Assembly: GCA_004764695.1 (NCBI GenBank)
Contig: SMSO01000032.1
Location: forward strand, 7,038,483-7,102,482
DNA from: Schizochytrium sp. TIO01
Lineage: Eukaryota; Protista; Bigyra: Labyrinthulomycetes
Length of the DNA stretch: 64,000 nucleotides
Direction of reading: 5' to 3'
Shown here: piece by piece, positions 1 to 12,934 of the stretch
How positions within the stretch are numbered: the first letter of the stretch is position 1
Layout: the number at the start of each line of letters is the position of its first letter
Translations under genes and position numbers: made by a program
Notes under the pieces: model-generated
What the model was told of the DNA's origin: nothing
The model's database searches: none
Seen by the model: the letters and a program-made list of their open reading frames with translations, nothing else

Positions 1-809
1 CTAAAGGTCCAACAGCGAGTGAGTGAGTTGTCGTTGCTGCGATCGTTGCGAAGGCCAAGAGCCTTGTATGTAATACAGCCAAGACTTTGGAAGCTGTCTT
101 TTGGCCCGTCTACTCTTCGAGCGCTGCGAGATAAGCACACACTCCTTCTCACTCACTCGCTTCTCTTTCCTGGCTGAGCCCCGCCTCGGCAGAACGAACG
201 ATCGAGCGAACGATTGAGGTCTTCCCAGTATTCACGCACTCACGCTAGCGGCCCTCCCTTCATTTTGATGGCTTATGGAGATAGGTACCTAAGATAGATA
301 GGGATGCCCTGCCTTCTTCCTGCTCATTTCCTAACTATCTTCTCTTCTCTTCTTTTCTCTTCTGCTCTGTTTCGTTGATTCATTGATTCATTTGATTTTA
401 ATTACATAAATTCATTCATTCATTTATTCATTCATTCCCGCATCCATCCACAGCAGTGAGAGTGGTCTTAAAGTCAATTCAGGAATCTTGCAGGTCTGTG
501 GTGTTTGCTCAACTCGAATGCGTACGAGGGCTCAGAGCACCAGCCGAAGCAGCTTCAAAGTCAAGAGGTGCTTGCTTTGCTCTTCTCTGCTTCCGCCACT
601 ACTTTGGTAGGTGCCGTTAACGCTGCACTTCCTCAGCAGATATTCCAAGAGCAGCTTCGAAGGTTACTTACTTACTACTCTTATCTCAGCGCCAACTAAA
701 CCGCGGTGTTCTAGCCCAGTAAGTAGAGTACTAATGCCCTCAGAATCTAGAAATAAGGCTCTCAAACTTCATGAGGTAGTTTTGTTTTCTTGAGCGCAAT
801 TCGGGTAAT

Positions 810-843
810 TGCTGCTGCTGCTGCTGCTGCTGTTGTTGTTGTT
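810..843. repeat. (CTG)n-(TTG)n trinucleotide microsatellite
   Basis: tgctgctgctg...tgttgttgttgtt read directly. Confidence 0.9.
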
Positions 844-2091
844 CATGTTGACGACAATCAATACTCGGAGAATCTTTTTCCTTTCGATTTTTAATCATTC
901 TGAAAATGAGCACTTTAGGGCAGGCATAAACAACAAAGAAACAAACAAACTGACTTAAATAAATAATAAACAAATAATAAACAAATAAACAAACAGCCAA
1001 GTGGACGCGCTGGCTTCTGCTCTTGGTAATTAAATTAATATTGGTGCCACGCATCGCTCTTTAAGGGTTGGTCACCTGAAATCGTCACTGGTGGCTCGTT
1101 TATCGCGGCGCCAAAGAAGTATGGCGCAGCGCCGCCAAAACAACCCAACTCCGCTGCTGCCTCATACTGCTTGTCTCTGTGTCTGTCTGTCTGTCTGACT
1201 GACTGACTGCATTGGAACGCGACAGCAAACTCGTCTGGACTTATGTTGGTTGTTTCGATGATTTAAGCCGTCTCCATTGGTGTCCTATTGGGATCGATCA
1301 CCGCTGCAATAACTCCAAAAAGCTGCCGAAGGTCTTTGCTGTCAAGATGAAGTTGAGTCATGGAGTGAGTGAGTGGGCGTGTTGAACAACAAGTGAAGAT
1401 CCTTGATCAAGGCGGGTATGCTACCAACACGGGGGGCGTTCAGACATGCGGGCTTTGGTGACTCCGGCATCACGAGCTCGAAAGCGTCTGCCCGTAACTT
1501 TTAGGAAGCAGTGCCAGGCTGCTTCTATATCTTTATTTATCTATTGATCAACCTATTAAGTAGATATTTATCTCCCATTCGCAAGGCCTCTTCCACTTTG
1601 CATCATTTTGCTTCATTGGGGCCGCCTGTTTTTTCTTTTTCTCTTCTCTCTTCTGTTGTCGAGGAGCGATCTTTCAGCTTTACAAACATCTTGGAGAAGA
1701 AATTTTCAAAGATGTTTAATTGCTCTGACTGTTATTTCCTGTTGTTTTTTTGTTGTTTTTCAGTTCAAACAATTTGTTTGCAGAAAAACAATTATTCTCC
1801 GTCAGGTTCTCTCTCCTGCTTCAGACTATTGTTCTTCAAAAATTTTATTTTTTTAAAGCATTCACGACGTCAAACTTATTTTATAGATTGAAAAACAACA
1901 ATCTTGAAATTTGAACCAGACGTTTTATTGGTGCTCTTTAAAACATAACCATTTCGTGTTAAAATAAATAAACAAGAAAGAAAAGAAAGTTAGACCAAAA
2001 GCTAAAAACTTTGGAAATTACATTCACTCATAATTTTCATTTTTTAGGAAAAAGAAAAGAAATCCAATCTCCACACATCCATGCATTATTA

Positions 2092-2126
2092 GTTTGTTTG
2101 TTTGTTTGTTTGTTTGTTTGTTTGTT
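2092..2126. repeat. (GTTT)n microsatellite
   Basis: Tandem gttt run read directly. Confidence 0.9.
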
Positions 2127-2339
2127 TTCTTTTGCTTTCCTGCCTGCTTGTTAACATCAAGAGCAGGCAGGTTCCACTCCAGCTCGCACCCCGTGACTGC
2201 CAATTTTGCGACTTCAAAAGGCTCCACTTCAGTAGCTAGCTAGGCACCTTGCCACAGACCATAATGAAAGGAGGCGATGGATGGATACAGCAGTCGTCGA
2301 GAAACCTGGAATCCTTAGGCAGGAACAGTTCTCACAATG

Positions 2340-2341
<2 letters not shown>

Positions 2342-2377
<36 letters not shown>
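2342..2377. repeat. (GA)n microsatellite
   Basis: Perfect GA run. Confidence 0.95.
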
Positions 2378-2383
<6 letters not shown>

Positions 2384-3020
2384 GAAAAGGCGGCCTTGAG
2401 AATCTTGGTTTTCAGCCCCACTGCGATTTCGAATTGCAGATCTTCGCTCGCTAGCTCAGAGACAAAGAGAAAGAGAGCTTTTTCATACAGCGGCAGCGCG
2501 TTCCTCTCGCACTTGACACCGAAAACAAAGCCACAGCGGGAGCTCTCTGCATCTCGAACACGACGAATCCAGGGCGTCAATCCATCAATCACGACGACAA
2601 ACCACCTGAGCACAGACCTCCCTCATCTCTCGAGCTCCATCCGTCAAGAGGCTGGCTGACTCGCTGACTTACATTGCTTCTGAAGGCCGCATCGCATTCA
2701 TTGCTCGGACAGAAAAGAAAGAACTTGAAGCAGCTGTACCTTGTCCACAGTCTAAGCGGCATGATGACGACGAGCGAGGACTTACTTGGATTCCTCTCTT
2801 TCCGTAGCACCCCCTAGGAGGCACCTAGGCGCAAAGAACAGAGGGAGGCGAAACAAAGAACGAGAGGACGAAAGAACGAAAGAGGAAGCGAACTTGCTAG
2901 CGTAAGCGCTAAGTGGGGCTAGGAGAGACGGCCTCGCGTAGTAAAGGTTTCTTTCTTTCTTTCTGCTGCTGGCGCCTCTCTCTTTTCTTCTTTAAAGTTA
3001 AAGCTGAGCTTAGCTCTCTC

Positions 3021-3063
3021 ATGAATGAATGAATGAATGAATGAATGAATGAATGAATGAATA
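3021..3063. repeat. (GAAT)n microsatellite
   Basis: About 10 tandem atga/gaat units; same motif recurs at ~3859-3883 and ~7841-7880. Confidence 0.95.
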
Positions 3064-3566
3064 CCTCAGAAGCCTTCTTTATACTCTCTGAACAGCGCGT
3101 GGCGCGGAGCGACTTGAAAGACTGCCACGCGCACAACGTGGACCAAACCAGCCAACCAGCCAACCAACCAGCCAGCCAGCCAGCCAGCCAACGAACGAAC
3201 GAACGAAGATCCAATGTGCAGAGAAGACAGACCGCGAGGAGAAAGGCGGGCGTCAAGAGGCCACTGGAGCGGCTTTCGCAGAGACAGACAGTGAGTCAGT
3301 CAGTCAGTCAGTCACGGCTCGGGCGGCGTGGATATTGCGGAACGAGTCTTCCCTGCGTAAAACCTCGAATTCGCTGGCGGGGCTCCTTCTTGTTTGCCTT
3401 CTTCCTTTTAATGTGTGATTTATAATGTAGTTTTCAGAGAAGAGGAAACTAAACACCGCTGCTTCTTCTGCTTCTCCTGCTTCTCCTGCTTCTGCTTCTT
3501 GTTTGAGCTGGGTTGAAAAGAGCGACGAACGAACTTACAATTGGGACTCGAAGCCTAAGGAGTGAG

Positions 3567-3645
<79 letters not shown>
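3567..3645. repeat. (GCTT)n microsatellite
   Basis: About 19 perfect gctt units; explains the LACL/KQAS shadow ORFs. Confidence 0.95.
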
Positions 3646-4210
3646 ACGAGGAAATGAAGAAGAAGATTTCGAGGAGGCCGCCTCGATCTCCAATCCACTT
3701 AATCGCTCTACTTTCACAGCCGTCCGCGAGAAGGCTGACAGAGACACAGAGACAAACAGACACGACACGTCACATCGTTCGGGTACGGCCTCGAGAAGAG
3801 AACCGGTGCAGCGATGATGAGCTTTTTTCAAGAGCTCCGGCGTCACGAGCGCTCCGTAGAAATGAATGAATGAATGAATGAATCTTTCTTTTGCTGGAGA
3901 TTAACGAGACTGAGGGAGAGAGGGCGTCACGTGCCATTTCTCTCTTGAAAAGGTTGGACTATTTAACCCTTGGTGAGCGAATGAAGTGACGCAGAAAGAA
4001 AGAAAAGAAAAGAAAGGCGCACTCAGTAAGTACGCAGAAATAGATGAGGTATCAATCAAAGTTGGCACGAAGCATTTTGGGTTTAGGCTTGGGTTCACTC
4101 TGTTTAGGGTCCAGCCTCGTCAAGTGGGTGCCCATCTTGAAAGAAGCGATAGGAGGAGAACGGGGGTGATGCATTCATTCACTATTGATTCATTCACTTA
4201 TTGATTGATC

Positions 4211-4340
4211 ATGGCGAATCGCGGAAGAGGACGAATCAAAGATCACCATCAAGATCACCTTTCAAGAGACTGAAGCCAGCTCTTTAGGTGTTGACCCTGC
4301 GGATGACACGGTACACACGTGATGGCCTCAAGAAGTGAAA
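4211..4340 (+). pseudogene. Possible decayed ubiquitin-like N-terminal domain fragment
   Basis: One frame reads AEEDESKITIKITFQETEASSLGVDPADDTV and, after a frameshift, DGLKK, resembling Ubl strands 1-2 and the DTV..LK helix start; motif resemblance only. Confidence 0.2.
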
Positions 4341-6690
4341 AGAAGGCAGCCTCGGACAAAAGGCCCAGTTTGCTCATGATCTATTTTCTATCTTTGTTCT
4401 TTGATATATAGTATATATATTATTTTTTTTCAGAATAAAAATTAATAATAAAAGTCCCTTTTCAGTCAGGAAAGAATCACTGTCAACATGAAGAGCTTGG
4501 TTCGTCGTTTTCTCGTACCTATAAACAGAAGAAGCCACAGAACAAGTCAAGATAGCGATTTGAGCTCTCTGGTTAACAGATGTGTCCAACTTTAGTGACG
4601 TGTATAATCTTTGATAAGTAACAAGAAATTATTTTGCCTTAAATGCAAGCAAAGCGCTTGATCAAATCAGAGTTTTATGAAATGCAAAATAGCGTAACCG
4701 AGGTGAACATATTTATTTTGATTCGCTCAATTCCAGTCTGAACTGTTTTATACTTTCTTGTTACTGTTCGCTTGTTGCAGTGACGACACGCCTAACAAGA
4801 GAGCATAAGAGTTGAACCTGCGGTCTGTTGCTTGCGATTGTCTGCTCACTAGATCCATCTACTTCTTTTCAAGAAGGCGACCACGATCTTTTCATTTGGT
4901 TACCAAGGCGAGAGATTTAGGTCCATGTACTGCCATGATTGTACTTGGGAGAGCCTATGATCCAAAACCAACTCAGGCTTGCATGGAGATCTTTCGCTTG
5001 TAAATTTACGGCCCTGTACTCGAACTGTGCTTACCCTGAGCTACTTTCCAAGTATCAACGCGTGCTGCTCAATGAAGCTTCCAGTGGACTAGTCGATGCT
5101 CTCGACGGATCGTTTGTCTGACTTTAACAACTCCCTCCTCAATGCGTGGTTGATGAACCAGCGAAATTCTGAAGTAATGGCATCTCAATTTTCATGCCGT
5201 GCATCGTACTATGGTGCATAGCGCGAGTTCTACGCTCTACACTAAGTCAGACCGTAAGAAGGTGTAGCACCACAGAACTGCGTGTGTGAATCTTAATGCG
5301 CAAGTGCAAGAATACTGCGGATTCGAAGATCTAGCTAATTCACAAATCCAACAAGGTCAAAGGAGTACTTTGCAGATCGCGAGTCGAGAAACTTGATGGA
5401 ACCCAGGCCGTGGCCATTCGATCGCGATGTTTCTTATAAGTTTCGTAGAACTATGCAGTCTACAGATTCTCATTGAACTTGTTTTGTTGGTACAATTGGT
5501 AGTGTACTTGAAAAGCAGGCAAAGTCTCTTCGTTTGAGTACAAAAGTTTGCAGGATTGAGTACCTTCCCATTGAAGATGAATTCTGATTTCAAAGTTTTT
5601 CTCACATTTCCAAAATAAAAATAAAAGAAAATACGCAGACGGTAAACCCGGCAATAGTGTCTATATTATCCACAACATCCAACTATATATATATGGTGCC
5701 TCAACTATCCAAGTCGGTCCGCCTGATCAGAAGCAAGTGACTTCTTGAGATTCCTGAGGCTCCTGGCTAAAGTCCCAGGAAAGAAAAAGAAAAGAAAATC
5801 TCTTCTTTTTGTTTTTCTTCTAATAATTTAGATTTTCACTTTATGACTTTTTCCTTTTTAGAGATAAAAACTGTCATTCTGCAGGAAGAAAAGGAAAACG
5901 ATTATTTTCAAATTGTTTCATTTTTTAAATATATATATATAAAATAACGTGACTGAATGAGTATACTTATCTTCTTTAAAATTGAAAACTAAAAAATGTA
6001 TCTATGATATTAAATTTAACGAAATAAGCATTATTACTATCTCATTTCACGGAAAAAGAAGACTTTTAATTTATATAGAGGCAGGGCCTTCTTCCATGCA
6101 GATCTTTATCTTTTGCTAACAAACTCTGAAAAAAAGGCACTCAAGACCAAACAAAGTATTCTCGACCCCTCGAGGGGTAGAAAACTCTGAAGTCGTTGAA
6201 GGTTTCGTGGTTGTAAGTTGCCTGCCCGCCCGTCCGTGGGTTTTACGTGATGGCCTTTGGTTGGTTTTCCAGCCATTGGCATCGAGTGCTCCAAACTGAA
6301 CATGGATTCGTGTCCTTCAAGTCTTCATCTACAGCAGAAGGTACAGTGCTCAGTTCCCAAGGTCATACTTATTTACTTATTCACTATCCTTATGCAGAAC
6401 GAACATTATGATGAACTCGAAGCGGACAAAGCGTAAGCTCATCAACTCGGATTGCAATTTGTATCATGCCTGAACAGTCAGTCCAAAGAACTCCATGATA
6501 GAAGGCACCGCCCCTTCTTTCGCCCATGAGCTCTTTCGACTCTGGTTCGCTCATTATACTTTCTTGACTGGAAAAGGCGCCTTCTACAAGTTCTTTCTTC
6601 TTCGTGCCACCAGAAAAGCCCGCTCCAGGTGGGACGTGCGATCTTCAAGGTTTGACCCCATTGAGATTCTGAGAAAGAAGTCTCAATCGC

Positions 6691-6810
6691 ATTCAATTGC
6701 ATTCAATTGCATTCAATTGCATTCAATTGCAAACAATTGCAAACAATTGCATTCAATTGCATTCAATTGCATTCAATTGCATTCAATTGCATTCAATTGC
6801 ATTCAATTGC
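6691..6810. repeat. 10-bp tandem repeat (ATTCAATTGC)x12 with two AAACAATTGC variants
   Basis: 12 units read directly; each contains the palindrome CAATTG. Confidence 0.95.
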
Positions 6811-8002
6811 AAACAATAGAGCGGCGACAGAGTTAACGCTTGAAATGTCTGACGCAGGGCGTTCTTATGGCTAGCTAAATAGATAGAGCACGTGTGTATG
6901 GATGTGTGGATGTACGCATGGAGTCTCGGTTTCAGTTGCACAGCAAGATTAAATCTAACGAGCGCGGTTTCTTTGGCGAGCGACGGCAAATACTATGGCA
7001 GCGACCGCAGATCCCTCCCTCCCTCCGCCGCGACGGAGAGCTCGACCTACCTCACCTGAAGCAGCGCGTGGTCTTCGAGCTTTCTGCGCGGAGAGGCAAC
7101 GAAGGAGGATGCGAATGAAAGACTCTCTCTCTCTTGCCACTATAAAACGATGCAGAGCGAGCTTACACACGCACACACTCTGCTCCAAGTTGGAAAGAAA
7201 CTAAGAAACAAAGGAACAAAGTTAGTCCTTTTTCCAATCAAAGCGTACTTCTGCGCACTCCCTCCCCCTCCCTTTTCGTTCCCTTCTTCGCTTGTTTGTT
7301 TCTTTGTATCTTTGTTTCTTGGGCTCTGCGTTAGTTGTTTAGTCGTTTGTCCTGTCAGTTGCACCGCAGTGATCTTTCGGCCGTTTATTCTCGAGCGAGC
7401 GAGCGAGCGATGGAAAGACGCCAGAGAACGAACGTAAGTCTCAAGCGAAGTCAGAGCTAGCCACAGCCAGTCAACACACAGCGCGCGCGTGCAATACAAC
7501 GAAGGAATGCGCAGGGGTCGTAGCGGCTTAGCTCAGCACCTCTTGCACAGCTTGCGGGACCAATGGTTTATGCTTCTGCTTCTTCACTTTGCTTAATTAT
7601 CTGCTTACGTGCTTACTTCCTGCTTAGGTGTTACTCGAATCTATTAGATTTAGAAAAGATCATGGTCTATTATGGGGATCTCTTCTTCGCGCTCTCGAGC
7701 GGTACGCGCGAAAGCGAATTCGAGTACGCCAAATACTGACTTACTGCGAAGTTGGTGTACTCGAGAGCCACCCAGAGCTGAAGCGGTCGGAGCCTGGATG
7801 CCGCCGATGCGATCCCGCTCACTTTGTACGGTCCGCAACTTGAATGAATGAATGAATGAATGAATGAATGAATGAATGAAACGTGCGTACCTCTCAGTCG
7901 GCACGGAGGCAGGATTGTCTCGCACTACATCCAGCAGGTGGTCAGACGGAGTCATTACAAAAGCAGGTAGGACCACCTAGCAGATTCCTACCGCCCTGTC
8001 AG

Positions 8003-8177
8003 TCATTAATTGATTCATTGATTCATTCAGTCATTAATTGATTGATTTATTCATTCATTCATTCATTCATTCATTCATTGATCATTGATTTATTCATTCA
8101 TTCATTCATTCATTCATTCACTCGTAAATTCCTTCGTTCGTTCATTCATTCACTCGTAAATTCCTTCGTTCGTTCAT
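8003..8177. repeat. Compound (CATT/GATT)n microsatellite ending in a ~32-bp tandem duplication
   Basis: cattcattcactcgtaaattccttcgttcgtt occurs twice in tandem at the 3' end. Confidence 0.85.
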
Positions 8178-9360
8178 CTCTGCTCTTAGGATATAAACCG
8201 CGAGATTCGCGCTGATTAATTCTCACCAAAGCTAGACAGAACAGACAGGGCGAGCGAACGAATTGTCGCGAGAGGATGCGGGAGCAGACCAAGTCCCGCT
8301 CGGCCAAGGCGCGACTGCCGGGCACGCCAAGTCGGAGAGCCTGAAGGTTTGATCAAAGCCAAAGACGCGTCGACTCCCCAATAAACTTAAACTGGAATCA
8401 TCAAACACGAACAAATTGATGATTGATTATTTGCATAATAACGCCTTCCTGAATGTGCCGTTCTCCAACTCAATGCTGAGCTGAGTGAGATGAGTGTCGG
8501 TCATGACGGCCATCGCAGAAAAGCAAGAACTTGAGAGAGGTACGCGATGGCGAAGTCTGAAAGCAAAAGCAACAACCTTCGTCATCTGATATATCTATCT
8601 ACTCGAACTCGAAGGATTGGGCTCGAACGGGGCGTGTCGTGGATTGCATCCAATCCGAGCGAGGATTTCTTTTTCTTTGGGACACGCGGATGTAGATCCT
8701 ACTTTCTTTCTTGGAAGGCCTGCTGACTGACTGCGCGTGGGCAGATATTAAACCGTGACTCGTGAAGTCGGAGACGCCTGAGCACCGCAATTTCAGCCTC
8801 GCGATGGCAATAATAATTGGCGCACATGCCATCCATCCACTGAGAAAGATGGTTCCCCTTCATCTTTGGCCGCTGCGTTCTTTCGACTCGCACTACTAGA
8901 AATATAGGTAGTCAGCATTTAGGAGGCCTGCGCCAAGGATCCGCAATAATACAGCATGAATACATAGATACAAATATATACATAAATGCATGTGTGGATG
9001 ATGAATGAGTGAGTGAGTGTCTTTTAAGAGAAGAGCAATCAATAGTGGCAGAGAGAAAACTATTAAGCAGGTAGTAGTAGGCAGTGTAGAGGCAATAAAC
9101 AGCAGTGGCAGGATTGTTGGAAAGAGACTTGAACTCGAAGACGAAGAAGTTGGCACCACTTGGAAAGTACCCAGGAAAGCTTCCATCTTTATGGAATTCT
9201 GGTTTCGGGCTATTTTACTAACTCTTCTTCTTTTTCTTCTTTTCTTTTGATTTTACATTTTAGTTAGTACTTTATTTAAAAAGCTATTTTAACTTTTAAA
9301 AAATTATTATTATTTATTTATTTTCTTTTATATTATACATAATTTTTAATTATAAGTAAA

Positions 9361-9600
9361 ACTCATGAATTGTATATTTTAATCTGATTTTTAAAACATC
9401 AGTTTTAAATAAACTGCAGAAGTCATGAATTGTATAGTTTAATCTGATTATTTTTTTAAACATAAGTTTTAAATAAACTGCATAAGTCATGAATTGTATA
9501 GTTTAATCTGATTTTTAAAACATCGGTTTAAAATAAATTGCAGAAGTAATGAATTGTATAGTTAATCTGATTTTCAAAACACAAGTTTCAAAATAAACAG
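9361..9600. repeat. AT-rich minisatellite, 4 copies of a ~60-65 bp unit
   Basis: Units begin tcatgaattgtata at 9363, 9423, 9487 and taatgaattgtata at 9547, each followed by ttaatctgatt...aaaca...aaataaa. Confidence 0.9.
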
Positions 9601-11729
9601 TATAATAAGTTTAATCACTTTTTTATATAAGTTAATTTAAAAAAAAAAAAAAAACAGTACAAGTCAACGCATAAAATGAATGTCTTTTATTCGTTTTAAA
9701 ATAAAGAATTCCTTTGTTTTTAAATTCAAAACCAAGTCAATCAATTTTTTATTTATTTATTTGCATTTCTTCTCGCAGTATATTATATTTTAAATTAAAA
9801 ATGGAAAAATAGCTCGGACTAGAAAACTACAATATATTTTCTTTTATATTATAATTAAACTAAATATTTTAAACTGGAAAAAAGGAAAAAAGGAAAAAGA
9901 AGTAAGCTATAAAAATGAAGTGGTATGAAATGTGCGACGAGCGCAAAACCGGAAGAACAGCTTGTTCCTCCTTCCTTGCACTTCCTTAGTGGGGCAGGAA
10001 TAACGCCTTGCTCGACAGCGCAGAATCACGCAGGGCCCACTACCGCAACCACTAGCTCAACTTAAAGCTGTCAACTTGAGCTGTCAACTTATCAACTATC
10101 AACTTCAAGTCAGTTACACATTGATGATGACTACCCAATCGATGGTCCCGCGCCTGAAGAAGCATGCTGCAGCAACCTCGTTCATTGCTGCTTATTTAAC
10201 TTGGAGAAGGAATCAGTCATGAATCATTTGATTCACCATTTAATCGATCGATTTTCTTTTCTTTTCTTTAATGTTTGATAAATCTAGGTGTTACAAAATA
10301 ATCAATCTTTGCCTCCGTCTGTGTTTAGATTGTGGGAATAAGCAAACGTAGAAGTAGTAGAGAGAATCGCAGATTAAATTGATTTGAGTTTACTACTTAC
10401 CTCCTTTTTTATTTATTTATTTTTAATATAAATAAAAAGGCCGCAGCTAACCAGCAATGCGCCATTAAGAGGAATACTGCACTCACTCTAAAAGCGCGAG
10501 CGCAGCTTTCGAAGATGCGCAAATGAAAACACTGGCCTTCTTGAAACCTTCAAGACACCAGCTCCTCAGGCGATAAGGACATGGAACGCTGCCTCTTCTC
10601 TTCTTCTTCTTCATCTTCTTCTTCTCGAGCGCTTGAAGACGCAACCATCCATATCTAAGTCGTTGGCAGCATACTTTACGATGATTGATGGCGCGTAAGA
10701 CCTGCGACTGATTCGCTATCAGTCGTACCTTCTAACTGCGTACAAACGTGATGGTTCCAATCAAGAGTGCAGTGGCGAAGCGCAGGCGTGTCGATTTGGA
10801 TCCTCCATACATGTTGCAAAATCCTTGAACGAGGCTTTGCTCTGCTCTGCTTTGCTTTGTTTGGCTACGGCGATAATTGCTCTGATGACAACGACGCCAA
10901 CGACCAATCGCTTAGACTTGGGGGGCTTTTGCAGCCTGGGAGGCAGCTTACTGATTGGGGAGCCGCATCACGCCGAGGAAGCGCCCTTCGGCCTTGAAAG
11001 CAAGCAAGACTGTGTTGGAGATGGATGAATGGATACAAGTGCTGTCAAGTTTATAGAAGCGAGAAACGCGAGGAGAACTGGAGTGGCAACCAACCTTGTG
11101 CTGCAGGCAGGCGGCGCGATGGCTAAGCCGCCGCTCAGGGAGAAGAACGGGAACGTGGAGGGTTGGACAACCTTGAATTGATCTGATCCACTGCTGTTCT
11201 GTTTGTTCAACTGCACTCTGTCTGGGCACTTGAGCCAAAATAAGGAAGGAAGGAAATGGAGATCGACCTTCCTTCGCACAGAGTTTCACAGACAGGAATC
11301 GAGCGCCCCGTCGATCTTACGGAAGCAGCACAGCAGCGCCAAAGCCGTGTGGCTGTGGCTGGAAACACTTGCAGGCGAGCGTAGGCAGCAGCAGCAGGAG
11401 GAGGGAATGCAAGTCTCGAACCGCCTTGATTAAACGGCAACTTGATGGCACGAGTTCGCGCTCCTCAAAGCGATTGGCGACTGCCAGAGTTCCGACCTCT
11501 TCTTCATCATCTTCTTCTTCATCTTCGTACGACCCGATGCCTACTTGTTGGAAAAGCAAAGCGCAGCGCAGCTTGGACTTTTGACAGCTTCTGCGTGAGT
11601 GAAAGACTGCAGAATCAGCTCTTCTGCAAGGCAGGATGCTCGGCCAGCGAGCGAGCGAGTTAGTTCGCCGCAACTTCGCTCGTGCTCGCGATTGCGATGC
11701 TGGGTACAACGGATTAGCGATGTCTGCTT

Positions 11730-11755
11730 CTGCTGCTGCTGCTGCTGCTGCTGCA
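11730..11755. repeat. (CTG)n microsatellite
   Basis: Direct read. Confidence 0.9.
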
Positions 11756-12243
11756 AAGTGGCGCCTGCAAAGTCGCTGATTTTGCTTTTCTGCTTGCTCG
11801 CTAAAAGGATGGATGGGCCTTTTCCGAAGTCCCTCTAAGCCAGCCAACAAAAGAGCGAAGATGCCGCCAGAGCTTCACTCAAGTTCCAAGTAGAGGCGCC
11901 AACAGTGCTGTGCTGCGGCACAGAGCGAGCGCTGTTTGGTCCCACTCCACTTGCTCATTCTCTAGAGCTACGGAGCTACTGAGCCAGCTAACTCTTGCGG
12001 GCATGAAGGCAGAGATCGTTAGCGCAGAATAGCACGCAGGGAGCGCTGCTTCTCTCTGGCGGCAGCGCTTGTCCCATCGTCCTCGTCGTGCAGGAGAAGA
12101 TGGCGGCTTGCGAGAGCGCCCTTTTCTTCACAGTGTAACACAGGAAAAGCAGAAAGTGCGAACTGGCTGGTGGCTAGGGGAAACAGTAGGACCAGCGCTG
12201 CTTAGAGCGAATCACGCTCAAGTGTCGACTTGGAGAAGAACGA

Positions 12244-12277
12244 GAACAAGAACAAGAACAAGAACAAGAACAAGAAT
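12244..12277. repeat. (AGAACA)n hexanucleotide repeat
   Basis: Direct read. Confidence 0.85.
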
Positions 12278-12745
12278 AAAAGGGAACGAGCAGCCTGCGG
12301 AACTGACTGACCGAATGACTGACCAAGCAGTCTTCAGTCTCTGGAGCGTGCTTTCCTCGCGGAGGCTTGAGGGTTGGTTGTCCCGAGGTAGGTAGCTTTA
12401 AGTGGGAGGATTTGACAGTGGGAGTGGTGGTCACGGTGGTGGTGGTGGCTGAATTGAGCATCGTGCCTGCCACAAGCCTCTTGAGCAGCACCATGGTGAG
12501 ATTTTGAAGAAGCACCTCGATCATTTATTTGCTTGTTAACGACAGCAAACAAAGATATAAAAGAGGGTGCAGATATTTTTAATTAAAAAAATCATTTTAC
12601 AATTGACCATGGTTGATCTTTCGGGAAGGGAACAGATACACGGACCATTCGATGGCTCCTCCTGTCATGCAACAATTTCTGATCTTGAGAAGTAATGGCG
12701 TATGTCTGCTTGCGAAAGAAACTTGGAGGACAGGTTGTTTTACGT

Positions 12746-12934
12746 TCAAGACACTAAGGTAGTCTTGCCAGTGGAGCGGAACACAAAGAGACATACATGG
12801 TGAGCCAAGCAAAGATGGCTAGTGCAAATCAGAACGCGGAGCTTATGCAACACCCAGAAGTCCACAATTGAGCGAGAAGAATATAACTTTAAGCTAACCA
12901 AAGGATTCGAATGAAAATCAGCTCCAGAAAACAC
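12746..12934 (-). pseudogene. Decayed P-loop NTPase fragment (AAA_35/STAND-like N-terminus)
   Basis: LYSSRSIVD..VLHKL......L...HHVCLFVFRSTGKTTLVS* resembles the Y..R..D...L...G.hh.h.G.R..GKT Walker A region; stop directly after the P-loop and first Gly missing. Confidence 0.3.

Noticed and set aside
4078-4110. Telomere-like TTTAGG(G) words
   Set aside because: Only two separated degenerate units, not an array
9361-9600. CRISPR-like appearance of spaced repeats (also 16114-16197)
   Set aside because: Intervening sequence is itself repeated, so there are no unique spacers; no cas genes; eukaryotic context
740-12552. Many 60-180 aa ORFs with poly-Q, ERER, LACL, KQAS, IHSF, NCIQLHSIAF or RTRT runs
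   Set aside because: These are translations of microsatellites and tandem repeats, mostly with non-ATG starts
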